Counted from the first letter of the stretch, positions 1 through 8,475 are shown. The stretch: 38,917 nt of DNA from a virus (IMGVR_UViG_3300032233_001117:1-38917), one strand, 5' to 3'. Notes: a model not told the origin generated them from the letters alone. Numbers and translations are program-made.

Positions 1-123
1 CCCGCGAGGCGTACATCTACCTGGAAGAAGGCCACAGCCTCCGCGCACAGGCCAGCGCTGCCAGCGACCTGGAGCTGGTCATCAGCTACGAGGACATCAG
101 CTGATGCTTGGCTTCAACGGCGG
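1..123. repeat. Terminal direct repeat, left copy (identical to 38795-38917); circular-assembly overlap
   Basis: cccgcgaggc...gcttcaacggcgg occurs at both ends and lies inside coding sequence. Confidence 0.97.
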
Positions 124-877
124 CTTGCTGGGCAAGAAGCGCAAGCAGGAAACCACGACGCCAGGGCTATGGTTCCCCAATGAACGCGCAATAATTGCGG
201 GTTCGGATCCGTATTGGGACAATGTAGTTTTATACTTACCAATGACGGGTGTAGACGCTAGTACAACATTCACGGATTTAAGCACTACCAGTTGCACGAC
301 TGCGGCTGTTGGCAATGCTCAGGTAAGCACAACACGGTGGCCGTTTGCTGGCAGCGGTTCAAGCGGCTTGTTTGACGGCACAGGCGACTACATCAATGTT
401 TCGTATAATGATGCATTAGACCTGCACGCTGGATCTTTTACGATTGAGTGCTGGATTTACCGCACGGCTGGCGGTGTAACCCAACAGATAATATCTAACT
501 ACGGAAGCGAAACAACCGGATACGGTCTCGGTCTAAATTCCTCAAATAAGCTGGTTGCCAATCTTTCTGGCGACGTAAATGACATAACTGGAACGACAAC
601 CGTTCCAGCCAATCAATGGTGCCATGTAGCATTAAGCGGGAAGCCGTTGTCATCCGTTAAGATGTTTTTAGACGGCACACAGGAAGGTAGCACGTTTACA
701 GGAGCAACCTCGCTTAATTCAGGAGGCATCCGCACTGCAGTAGGCGCGTTCTGGTGGTACTCCGACAGTAATATTTACGATGGATTTAATGGCAACATTT
801 CTCATCTAAGAATTACCACAAAACAGCGGTACGCATCTAACTTCACCCCGCCCACAGCACCATTCCCTAACGCATAA
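104..877 (+). CDS. LamG/concanavalin A-like domain tail-tip protein (putative receptor binding)
   Basis: FTIECWIY, WCHVALS, MFLDG, FNGNISHLRIT and RYASNFTPPTAPF motifs; TGATG coupling to the upstream gene. Confidence 0.8.
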   Translation: MLGFNGGLLGKKRKQETTTPGLWFPNERAIIAGSDPYWDNVVLYLPMTGVDASTTFTDLSTTSCTTAAVGNAQVSTTRWPFAGSGSSGLFDGTGDYINVSYNDALDLHAGSFTIECWIYRTAGGVTQQIISNYGSETTGYGLGLNSSNKLVANLSGDVNDITGTTTVPANQWCHVALSGKPLSSVKMFLDGTQEGSTFTGATSLNSGGIRTAVGAFWWYSDSNIYDGFNGNISHLRITTKQRYASNFTPPTAPFPNA

Positions 878-879
878 CC

Positions 880-1299
880 ATGCTCTACTCCCACCGCCAA
901 GCTACCCCAGCGCCCCTGCCGCACCGCATTCGCTTTGCGGACGGCAGCACCCGTACCGACAGCACCACCTTCGCGCCTGACGAGCTGGAGCGTGCCGGTT
1001 ACAGCGGCCCCTACCAGCGCCCTGAGTGCAACCCGAAGCTGGAAACGATCGACTGGGACAGCGAGGCGCTTGAGTACGTCGTGCGCCCCTACAGCTTCAA
1101 CGAGCTGCAAACGCAGCACGCCAAGGTCCGCGATCAGCGCATCGAGCTGCTCAAGGCCAGCGACTGGACGCAGATTGCTGACTACGACCTCGGCGCCGAT
1201 CGTGAAGCCTGGGCCGCCTACCGCCAGGCCCTGCGCGACCTGGCCGATGCTGCCAACCCGTTTGACATCACCTGGCCACAGCCACCCGCCACCACCTAG
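880..1299 (+). CDS. Tail fibre assembly chaperone-like protein
   Basis: C-terminal RDQRIELLKASDWTQIAD..WAAYRQALRDL..WPQPP motif; follows the LamG gene. Confidence 0.8.
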   Translation: MLYSHRQATPAPLPHRIRFADGSTRTDSTTFAPDELERAGYSGPYQRPECNPKLETIDWDSEALEYVVRPYSFNELQTQHAKVRDQRIELLKASDWTQIADYDLGADREAWAAYRQALRDLADAANPFDITWPQPPATT

Positions 1300-1301
1300 C
1301 C

Positions 1302-2249
1302 ATGTCCCCCGTATTCGCTACCAACGGCGGCCTCTCCGGCGCCAAGCGCACAACCACCACCAGCAGCGCTCCAGGCATTTGGATGCTGGAGGAACAGGCA
1401 GTGGCCAGGCGGGAAAAGATTTGGCCCAGCAGAGTAAACGCTACAGGTGGCATTGTTACTACGTCAGGCGCTTATACAATCCACACATTTACAACATCCG
1501 GCACGTTTACCGTTACTGATGGGGGCACGGTTGAATACTTAATTGTTGCTGGTGGCGCTGGCGGCGGCGGCTACTATGGCGGCGGAGGCGGCGGTGCAGG
1601 TGGTTTTCTAGCAGGAAGCACATCTGTAAGTGACAATGCTTACACCATTACCGTTGGCAGTGGTGGCAATGGTGGGGCAAATAACTCAACAGATGCAAGA
1701 GGATCGGCGGGTGGCAATAGTTCAGCACTAGGTCTTACCGCTGTTGGCGGCGGTAGAGGCGGCGGCGGTGCTGCCGCAAATCCCAATGGCGGGACAGGTG
1801 GATCAGGTGGTGGTGGTGGCGGCTACTTTGGTGGAACTAATGCTCCTGGTGGAAGTGCTACATCGGGGCAGGGTTCATCGGGTGGAACTGCCTCTGGATC
1901 GGGAACTGCCTATGGAGGCGGTGGAGGCGGCGGTGCTGGTGCAGGCGGTGCAGGCGGCTCTGGAACTAGCGGCGGCGATGGTGGCGCCGGTACAGCATCA
2001 TCAATCAGTGGCTCCAGCGTCACCTATGCGGCTGGCGGTGGCGGTGGATCGGCAGGAAATGGCAGCAGCACATCTGGCCGATCTTCTGGCGGCACAGGTG
2101 GTGGTGGTTATGGCGCTGGCTATGACGACGGCGGCAATGGAGGCAATGCCACCAATTACGGAAGCGGTGGTGGTGGCGCCGGAGTTGATCCCAATGGCGT
2201 CGGCGGCAACGGCAGCTCAGGCATCATCATCATTCGCTATCTGACCTAA
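1302..2249 (+). CDS. Glycine-rich tail fibre/tail-tip protein
   Basis: YTIHTFTTSGTF, VEYLIVAGG, poly-Gly tracts and C-terminal GSSGIIIIRY; N-terminus resembles ORF 104. Confidence 0.75.
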   Translation: MSPVFATNGGLSGAKRTTTTSSAPGIWMLEEQAVARREKIWPSRVNATGGIVTTSGAYTIHTFTTSGTFTVTDGGTVEYLIVAGGAGGGGYYGGGGGGAGGFLAGSTSVSDNAYTITVGSGGNGGANNSTDARGSAGGNSSALGLTAVGGGRGGGGAAANPNGGTGGSGGGGGGYFGGTNAPGGSATSGQGSSGGTASGSGTAYGGGGGGGAGAGGAGGSGTSGGDGGAGTASSISGSSVTYAAGGGGGSAGNGSSTSGRSSGGTGGGGYGAGYDDGGNGGNATNYGSGGGGAGVDPNGVGGNGSSGIIIIRYLT

Positions 2250-2290
2250 TGCTCTACTCCCACCGCCAACCCTCACCCACGGAGCCCTGA
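2249..2290 (+). pseudogene. Collapsed remnant of a chaperone paralogue (MLYSHRQPSPTEP*)
   Basis: First 21 nt (atgctctactcccaccgccaa) identical to 880-900; ends in PTEP-stop. Confidence 0.7.
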
Positions 2291-2292
2291 CC

Positions 2293-2337
2293 ATGCCACG
2301 TTTCGGATTCAACGGCGGCCTTATGCCACCGACCTAG
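2293..2337 (+). pseudogene. Collapsed remnant of an NGGL-type tail-tip gene plus a chaperone end (MPRFGFNGGLMPPT*)
   Basis: GFNGGL matches the start of ORF 104; gccaccgacctag resembles the end of ORF 880 (gccaccacctag). Confidence 0.65.
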
Positions 2338-2360
2338 ACTGATTCCAACGCAAGCGCACT

Positions 2361-2777
2361 ATGGCTTCCCTGATCTACAACTCATTCGTTGATGACATGG
2401 CCCGTGGTGCCATCGACCTCGACACCGATACCTTTAAGGTCTTGCTGGTCACATCGGCCTACAGTCCGAACAAAGACACCGATCTCAAGCGCTCTGCCGT
2501 CACCAACGAAGTCACCGGCACCGGCTACACCGCCGGTGGCGTAACCAGCGCCTGCACAGTCACCAAGTCCACCGCCAACGATCGCGTCACGCTCAGCTTT
2601 GCCGCGGTGAACTGGGCCACCAGCACCATCACCGCCAGGGCTGCTGTGATCTACAAGTCACGCGGCGGCGCCAGCAGCGCCGATGAGTTGGTCTGCTATG
2701 TGGATTTCGGTGGTGATGTCAGCAGCAGCTCTGCGACCTTCAGCCTGGGCAGCAGCACCATCACGCTGCAGAACTGA
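2361..2777 (+). CDS. Putative minor tail/virion protein
   Basis: IDLDTDTFKVLL..GTGYTAGG..TITARAAVIY..LVCYVDFG pattern seen in phage tail regions. Confidence 0.65.
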   Translation: MASLIYNSFVDDMARGAIDLDTDTFKVLLVTSAYSPNKDTDLKRSAVTNEVTGTGYTAGGVTSACTVTKSTANDRVTLSFAAVNWATSTITARAAVIYKSRGGASSADELVCYVDFGGDVSSSSATFSLGSSTITLQN

Positions 2778-3226
2778 TGGCCACCTTCCCGGCACTGGAG
2801 CCGGCCACACGCCGCTACAGCATGGGCACCTTCCCCGTCACCGAGGAACGCGGCTTCGGTGGTGGCAGCGTCCGCTTCCGGCATGGCACCACCGCCTACA
2901 GCCACAACCTCGAACTGAGCTTCGCTGCACTGACGCAAGCACAGGCCAAGCTGCTGCGCGATCACTACCGCGAGCAACAGGGCGGCTACATCGCATTCCC
3001 GCTCAGCTCTGAAGCGTGGACCGGCCACACCAGCTTTACCGACCTGGTGCCAACCTCTACGCACTGGCGCTACGCCGCACAGCCGCAGGAAGACCACCTA
3101 TCCGCCGGCTATGTGAACGTCTCAATCAGCCTGATCAGCGTGCCAGCGGTGATCGCTACAGCAACCGCCGGCCTGGCCTCCACAGTCACATGCACCCTAG
3201 CTGGTGGTGCTGCATCGGGCAGCTAA
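2777..3226 (+). CDS. Putative minor tail protein, paralogue of the N-terminal domain of 37644-38483
   Basis: ATFPALEPATR vs AVFPSLTPATR; HYREQQG vs HYQGQFG; WRY motif shared. Confidence 0.65.
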   Translation: MATFPALEPATRRYSMGTFPVTEERGFGGGSVRFRHGTTAYSHNLELSFAALTQAQAKLLRDHYREQQGGYIAFPLSSEAWTGHTSFTDLVPTSTHWRYAAQPQEDHLSAGYVNVSISLISVPAVIATATAGLASTVTCTLAGGAASGS

Positions 3227-3251
3227 CCTGAGATAGCGATTCACGCCAGCT

Positions 3252-3401
3252 ATGACACCTACTCCCGAGGACATCACCAGCATCGCCGTGGCATTGCTGG
3301 TGGGCTCTGAACTGCTGGCAATCGTGCCCGACGTTCGCGCTAACAGCTGGACCCAGCTGATCCTCGGCGCACTGCGTGGCATTGCCTCGCGTAAGCGGTG
3401 A
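3252..3401 (+). CDS. Small membrane protein, putative holin (49 aa; not in ORF track)
   Basis: MTPTPEDITSIAVALLVGSELLAIVPDVRANSWTQLILGALRGIASRKR; hydrophobic with basic tail; GTGA overlap with next gene; upstream of endolysin. Confidence 0.6.
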   Translation: MTPTPEDITSIAVALLVGSELLAIVPDVRANSWTQLILGALRGIASRKR

Positions 3402-3658
3402 CTGAGCCAACGCACGGCGAGATCCTTCGCGCCATCGGTGTGCTGGAAGGCCAGCTGAAGCAGCTGCTTGATGCCGCCATCTCCGACAAGACTGAGCGGA
3501 GCGGATTAGGCGTCCGCGTTGGCCGACTTGAGACGCGCATGGCGCAGGTGGTGATCCTCGCCGTTGTTGCCGCCATGCTAAGTCCTGTCATCTGGTCTGA
3601 GATCAAAAGCGCATTCAGCTACCAGCAGTCAGTACCGCAGCACCTGCAACGGCCATGA
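3398..3658 (+). CDS. Coiled-coil plus C-terminal TM protein, lysis-associated
   Basis: Heptad region then hydrophobic VVILAVVAAMLSPVIW; ATGA overlap with endolysin. Confidence 0.55.
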   Translation: MTEPTHGEILRAIGVLEGQLKQLLDAAISDKTERSGLGVRVGRLETRMAQVVILAVVAAMLSPVIWSEIKSAFSYQQSVPQHLQRP

Positions 3659-4815
3659 CGCAGCTCAGGCTGGTTGATCTGTTCCGTTACTTCAAGGGCC
3701 TGCCGCATCAGTTGGCGGCGATCAGCGAACTGGAAGCCGCAATCGGCCCGCGTCTTCTGAACCGCGATCAGCCATGGTTCAAGACATGGAGCACGGCCGG
3801 CGTGCAGACCGACCTTGCTGATGCGATTCAGATCATCAAGGAGTTTGAAGGCTGCCACCTCAGCGCCTACCCTGATCCGCTCAGTGGCGGCGATCCGTGG
3901 ACGATCGGATACGGCACCACTCGATTCCCGGATGGCAGCGTTGTGCGGCGCGGCGACAAGATCAACGTCATCGAAGCTGACATGCTGCTCCGCCTTGAGG
4001 TGGACCGCATCGCAGACCGCCTGCGTGCGATTCCGCACTGGGCAAGCATGGCCGATCCGCAGCGCTGCGCATTGATCGGCTTTGCCTACAACCTCGGCGC
4101 TGGGTTCTACGGCAGCACTGGGTTTGAAACCATCAGCGCAGCATTGCGCGATAAGGATTGGGCTGCCGTGCCAGCAGCCATGCTGCTCTACCGCAACCCT
4201 GGCAGTGCCGTTGAGGCTGGCCTGCTGCGCCGACGTAAGGCTGAGGGCGCACTCTGGCAGAAGGGAGCACCGCAGCCGCAGCAGCAGGGCATCCTGCTGC
4301 GTGTGCCTTACGAGGCGCAGAACGACAACCGCTCAGGCACCGGCTACCGCGAATGCTTCAGCAGCAGCGCTGCCATGGTGGCCCGCTTCTACGGCAAGGT
4401 CACCAGCGACGATGCCTACAACAAGATCCGCGCCAAGTACGGCGACACCACCGACGCGCAAGCGCAAATCAAGGCGCTGCAATCCCTGGCGCTAACAGCA
4501 CGACTACGCACCAACTGCAACCCTGCCGTGATCGAGACCGAGCTCGAAGCCGGGCGCCCCGTGATGGTGGGCTGGCTTCATAAAGGACCTGTCGGCGCAC
4601 CCACCGGTGGCGGCCACTGGTCCGTGGTCATCGGCGCCACCAGCGGCGCCTTCATCCACAACGATCCGAACGGCGAGGCCGACCTGGTAAATGGCGGCTA
4701 CGTCAACCACAGCAAAGGTGCAGGCATTGCTTACAGCCGCAAGAACTGGCTGCGCCGCTGGGAGGTGGATGGCCCCGGTACCGGCTGGGCGATGCTTGTA
4801 GGCCACGCCCCTTAG
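3655..4815 (+). CDS. Endolysin: GH24 lysozyme plus C39-like cysteine peptidase domain
   Basis: EFEGCHLSAYPD..WTIGYGTT, FAYNLG and GLLRRRKAE (GH24); VPYEAQ..CFSSSAAM..GHWSVVIG..HNDP (C39-like). Confidence 0.88.
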   Translation: MTQLRLVDLFRYFKGLPHQLAAISELEAAIGPRLLNRDQPWFKTWSTAGVQTDLADAIQIIKEFEGCHLSAYPDPLSGGDPWTIGYGTTRFPDGSVVRRGDKINVIEADMLLRLEVDRIADRLRAIPHWASMADPQRCALIGFAYNLGAGFYGSTGFETISAALRDKDWAAVPAAMLLYRNPGSAVEAGLLRRRKAEGALWQKGAPQPQQQGILLRVPYEAQNDNRSGTGYRECFSSSAAMVARFYGKVTSDDAYNKIRAKYGDTTDAQAQIKALQSLALTARLRTNCNPAVIETELEAGRPVMVGWLHKGPVGAPTGGGHWSVVIGATSGAFIHNDPNGEADLVNGGYVNHSKGAGIAYSRKNWLRRWEVDGPGTGWAMLVGHAP

Positions 4816-4841
4816 GCTAAGTACACACGGAGCCCCGTCTT

Positions 4842-5696
4842 GTGGACATCACCTCTATTCGCAAGACGCCAGAGCTTCTAGAGCTGCGCATCCCTTATAC
4901 AACCTTTACCGAAACCGCTAAGTTTTTGCTGCTAAGTGACATCCACTTAGACAACCCTAAGTGTGACCGTAAGTTGCTGAGCAAGCACCTCGATGAATGC
5001 CGCGCTCAGAACGGCCACGTCCTTATGTTCGGAGATGTGCTTTGCCTCATGCAGGGCAAAAAGGACCGCCGAGCCAGCAAAGGTGACATCCGCTCAGAAC
5101 ACCTAGGCGGTAATTACTTTGACCTCGTATTTAGTGAGGCGGCCGAGTTCTTCAAGCCATGGCAAGACATCATTCTCATGGCAGGCGATGGCAACCATGA
5201 AACAGCCGTAAGCAACAATCAGGAAATCGACCCATTAGAGAATGTTGTGCGGCTGATGCGCAACAACGGCAGCAACATCGAGCACATGGGCTATCAGGGC
5301 TGGCTTAGGTTCAGCTTTACGCAGGATGGCAACAGCAAGACCAGGCGCTGCATGTTGTTCTTCCATCACGGCGCATGGGGCGGCATCATCACCAAAGGCA
5401 CCATGGGCGGTGGACGCTATGCCTCGATCGCTCCAGACGCCGACATCCTTGTGAACGGGCACAACCACGAGCGCAGCATCGTCGCCCACTCCTGCTACCG
5501 CGTCGATCAGAACGGTCGCGCATGGGTGGAGCAGCGCTGGCACGTCCAGTGCGGCACCTACAAGCAGGAGTTCGGTGGCACCGGCGGCTGGGCCGTGGAG
5601 CGCATCGTCATGCCGAAATCACTCGGTGGCATCTGGCTCACACTGCGTCCCCGCAATCGCGGAGGCGTTGAAATCACCTGCACTCCAACTGTATGA
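4842..5696 (+). CDS. Calcineurin-like metallophosphoesterase
   Basis: SDIHLD, GD, GNHE, HHG and GHNH metal-binding motifs in canonical order. Confidence 0.88.
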   Translation: MDITSIRKTPELLELRIPYTTFTETAKFLLLSDIHLDNPKCDRKLLSKHLDECRAQNGHVLMFGDVLCLMQGKKDRRASKGDIRSEHLGGNYFDLVFSEAAEFFKPWQDIILMAGDGNHETAVSNNQEIDPLENVVRLMRNNGSNIEHMGYQGWLRFSFTQDGNSKTRRCMLFFHHGAWGGIITKGTMGGGRYASIAPDADILVNGHNHERSIVAHSCYRVDQNGRAWVEQRWHVQCGTYKQEFGGTGGWAVERIVMPKSLGGIWLTLRPRNRGGVEITCTPTV

Positions 5697-5875
5697 GGCA
5701 GTACGTTCTTGAGATCGAGTACACCATCGTCGTCGAAAGCGAAGACGACGATCCCGAAACCGTTAGTGATGATTTTGTCTCTCGTCTCACAGAATTAGCT
5801 CCATCAAACGACCATATCTTAGGTCTCTCGGTCAACACCCTACCCATCCCGGAGCTGCGTGGATCATCAGATTGA
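5693..5875 (+). CDS. Hypothetical acidic protein
   Basis: ATGA-coupled ORF filling the gap between neighbours. Confidence 0.55.
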   Translation: MRQYVLEIEYTIVVESEDDDPETVSDDFVSRLTELAPSNDHILGLSVNTLPIPELRGSSD

Positions 5876-6167
5876 TGGCACATCTCTCGTCCCCAAGCGC
5901 TCCGCAAAGCAACGGTTTAGGCAGCAAATCTTTGAAGCATGGCAGCACTGTTGCGCCTATTGCGACGCTGCAGCCGACACCTTGGATCACGTTAAGCCCA
6001 GACACAAAGGCGGCAACACCGTCGTCAGCAACCTTGTACCAGCCTGCCGCGAATGCAACCGCAGCAAAGGTAGTGAACACTGGCGGCAATGGTTCAAGCT
6101 GCAGTCATCATGGACGGATGAGCGGCAATCTAAGATTGAAGCATGGACTGAAGATATGACACCATGA
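5859..6167 (+). CDS. HNH endonuclease
   Basis: CAYC..TLDHVKPRHKGG..NLVPACRECNRSKG. Confidence 0.92.
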   Translation: MDHQIDGTSLVPKRSAKQRFRQQIFEAWQHCCAYCDAAADTLDHVKPRHKGGNTVVSNLVPACRECNRSKGSEHWRQWFKLQSSWTDERQSKIEAWTEDMTP

Positions 6168-6484
6168 CATGGGGTGACTGGATGATGGTCAAATGGACTA
6201 TTGAGGAAGAACTGCGCATTGAATCGCAATCACGTAGCGCATTGATTCATCCAAGCGAGAAGGATGTGCGATCATTGTGTGCTTCACTAATCAAGCAGAA
6301 TGCTTACTACACGCGACTCATTCAGCAAGCGACTGGTCACATCGCGCATCTTGAAACATCAGCGTTTCTCGGTGAGCATCAAACGAAGCCGCCGCATCGA
6401 CCGATCATGGATCTGGCCAACCGCGCTGCGCGTTATGCCAAGCTCCTCAGCAATCTTGCCTTGCGTCTTTTTAGGCGCTCCTAA
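6164..6484 (+). CDS. Hypothetical protein
   Basis: ATGA-coupled to HNH; 3' end overlaps the sigma gene convergently. Confidence 0.55.
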   Translation: MTWGDWMMVKWTIEEELRIESQSRSALIHPSEKDVRSLCASLIKQNAYYTRLIQQATGHIAHLETSAFLGEHQTKPPHRPIMDLANRAARYAKLLSNLALRLFRRS

Positions 6485-7228
6485 TCCGTGGTAGCTGGCG
6501 ACAATATCGCGATCCCGGTCAGCAAGGAATGACAGCGCTAGCTCTAGTTGCTCGGCATATTCCACGGACAGCGAATCGTCGTAAGGCTGATGCTCGTCAA
6601 CGATCATGTCAATCAATGGCGAGCCATCATCCCTGACCAGTTGATCTAGGCTGCTGTGCGGTACGTTTCGCATAATGTGCGATTGCAGCTCGTGCTGACT
6701 CATCTCCATTCGCTCAGCGCATTCTGCTGTTGACATCGGCCTGCCATGTTGCTGCAGATGCTCACGTTGCATCTTGGCAATCTTGTACGTGGCATCTAGC
6801 ACATGCTGCGGCACGCGGATCAGGCGCTCCTTTGTATCAATCGCACGCGTAATCGCCTGGCGGATCCACCAGTAGCCGTAGGTGGAGAACTTGTAGCCCT
6901 TGGTGCCATCGAATAATTCAACGGCGCGATTCAAACCGATGGCACCTTCCTGGATGAGGTCCATCAGTTCCAGGCCATTGGACTTGAGCCTGGTCACGTA
7001 GTTCTTGGCGATGTGAACTACCAGCCGCAGGTTGCAGTTCATCATGGTTTCACGCGCTCGCTGGCCGCGTTTGATCTCGCGCAGCTCAGCTTTGGTGCGC
7101 TCGCCTTCCATGGCTTGCAGTTCAATCATCCGCCGCACTTGGCGAGATAGTTGGATCTCCTGCTCACCAGTCAGCAGCGGAAATCGACCGATCTCGGTTA
7201 GGTAATCCTTAATGCTGTCAGTGCTCAT
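6359..7228 (-). CDS. RNA polymerase sigma-70 family factor (RpoD/group 2-like)
   Basis: Region 1.2 DYLTEIGRFPLLTGEQE; region 2 NLRLVVHIAK, DLIQEG, KGYKFSTYGYWWIRQAITRAI; C-terminal HTH. Confidence 0.95.
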   Translation of the reverse strand: MSTDSIKDYLTEIGRFPLLTGEQEIQLSRQVRRMIELQAMEGERTKAELREIKRGQRARETMMNCNLRLVVHIAKNYVTRLKSNGLELMDLIQEGAIGLNRAVELFDGTKGYKFSTYGYWWIRQAITRAIDTKERLIRVPQHVLDATYKIAKMQREHLQQHGRPMSTAECAERMEMSQHELQSHIMRNVPHSSLDQLVRDDGSPLIDMIVDEHQPYDDSLSVEYAEQLELALSFLADRDRDIVASYHGLGAPKKTQGKIAEELGITRSAVGQIHDRSMRRLRLMLTEKR

Positions 7229-7455
7229 GGTTCAGGTTGTTGAGAGGCATCTTGATCGCCAAGGCTGGCAAGCCATGATTCAAGTGATTCTCTCATGGGC
7301 AAGCCTTTCGGCAGCTTGAGAAATCGACGAAGGTCAGCAATGTCGCGCACAAATATGCTGGCACCACCTGAATAGGCGATGAAATACCGGCCGTTGTGGT
7401 CACGGCTGGTTTCAATGAACTGGTGAAGGCTGAGCCGCAAGGCATCGCGTTTCAT
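7225..7455 (-). CDS. Hypothetical protein
   Basis: ATGA-coupled to the sigma gene. Confidence 0.6.
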   Translation of the reverse strand: MKRDALRLSLHQFIETSRDHNGRYFIAYSGGASIFVRDIADLRRFLKLPKGLPMRESLESWLASLGDQDASQQPEP

Positions 7456-7612
7456 CGGTGTTGTCCCATTCGGGCATCAGCGTGGCGCTCAGGAACTGAG
7501 CATCAGGGCACAGCTCCTTGCTACTGGTGATGGCGTGCGCGAGGTCGCGGGCCATCAGGTGGAGCGGTGTGGCGTGGCTGAATGCCACGCGGTACAGCTG
7601 GAGCGGCTTCAT
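7412..7612 (-). CDS. Hypothetical protein (MKPLQLYRVAF...)
   Basis: Start moved to ATG 7612, which forms an ATGA overlap with the upstream stop. Confidence 0.55.
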   Translation of the reverse strand: MKPLQLYRVAFSHATPLHLMARDLAHAITSSKELCPDAQFLSATLMPEWDNTDETRCLAAQPSPVH

Positions 7613-8007
7613 GGCACCGGCTCGATGGCGGGGCGGCCCCAGCGGGCGAGCACGGCTCGGGCGAAGCCGACAGGATCGGCGCACCCAAACTCTGGAGAGG
7701 TGCCGATCCAGTAGTCGTACAGCTCCTGATTACTCGGCCCCTGCGGCTCGGGGCGGCGGGCGGCGCGGAGTTGTTTGAGGAGCACTGTCTTGTCAACAAG
7801 CCTGTGGTCACCAGTCGCTGCTGGATCGGAGTGAGCCAGATTGATCAGGGAGCAACACGCCTCCAGCTCCTGGTCGGCGCCCCATTGGGCAGCGCGGATG
7901 GCGATATGTTCGTCGCTCAATGCAACTCGAACTGGTGTTCCTTCGTGCCAGATTTCGGCCACCCACTGCTTGAGAAGCTCCGGCGGTGGGGTGATGTTGT
8001 TGCTCAT
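7609..8007 (-). CDS. Hypothetical modular small phage protein
   Basis: ITPPPELLKQW..AAQWGADQELEACC..LRAARRP segment followed by PEPQGPS..FARAVLARWGRP segment. Confidence 0.65.
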   Translation of the reverse strand: MSNNITPPPELLKQWVAEIWHEGTPVRVALSDEHIAIRAAQWGADQELEACCSLINLAHSDPAATGDHRLVDKTVLLKQLRAARRPEPQGPSNQELYDYWIGTSPEFGCADPVGFARAVLARWGRPAIEPVP

Positions 8008-8195
8008 TCGCCCAGCTCCTGCTCACTCGGCCCCTGCGGCTCGGGCTGGGCCAGGGCGGCAACAACAGCCTTCAGCTCCCGCAGTTCGCGGTAGATGAAG
8101 TAATCCTCGGGGTCGTCGTAATTCAGATCCAGCGCCTGATCCACAGCCGTTTCAGCGAGGAACAGCAGGCGTTCGATCAGTTCGCGGTCAGTCAT
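8004..8195 (-). CDS. Hypothetical protein (MTDRELIERL...)
   Basis: ATGACTGA overlap with upstream gene; PEPQGPS shared with 7609-8007. Confidence 0.6.
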   Translation of the reverse strand: MTDRELIERLLFLAETAVDQALDLNYDDPEDYFIYRELRELKAVVAALAQPEPQGPSEQELGE

Positions 8196-8475
8196 TGCCA
8201 GACTCCCGCTCATTAGCAAAATCCAAGTCGTAATCCTTGCTTAGCTTCACCATGTCCTCGGTTGTGCGGTATTCATTGAAGGCAAGTTGACAGGCGCCCC
8301 GCATGATCAGCTTTTCGGTCATGCCGGCAGCTCCAAGGACGCTTTCAAAGACCTTGAACCAAGCATGAACTGAGCAGTCGTCCATGTCGACCTCCCAGGT
8401 GGTGGTCATCTCGCCGGGTTCGTCAATGGATCCTTGGCTGTAGCGCTCGTCGGTGAGCTTGATTTCGAGTTTCAC
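8188..8475 (-). CDS. Hypothetical protein
   Basis: 95-aa ORF coupled at both ends. Confidence 0.6.
   Translation of the reverse strand: MKLEIKLTDERYSQGSIDEPGEMTTTWEVDMDDCSVHAWFKVFESVLGAAGMTEKLIMRGACQLAFNEYRTTEDMVKLSKDYDLDFANERESGND

Noticed and set aside
1-123. Terminal repeat as a true virion DTR or att site
   Set aside because: It spans ordinary coding sequence of two genes; an assembler overlap of a circular contig is the simpler explanation
1550-2220. GGC/GGT-rich low-complexity tracts as a repeat array
   Set aside because: Fully explained by poly-Gly codons of ORF 1302-2249
104-2337. Diversity-generating retroelement or invertase shufflon for tail tips
   Set aside because: No reverse transcriptase or site-specific recombinase gene, no template/variable repeat pair, and all modules are in direct orientation
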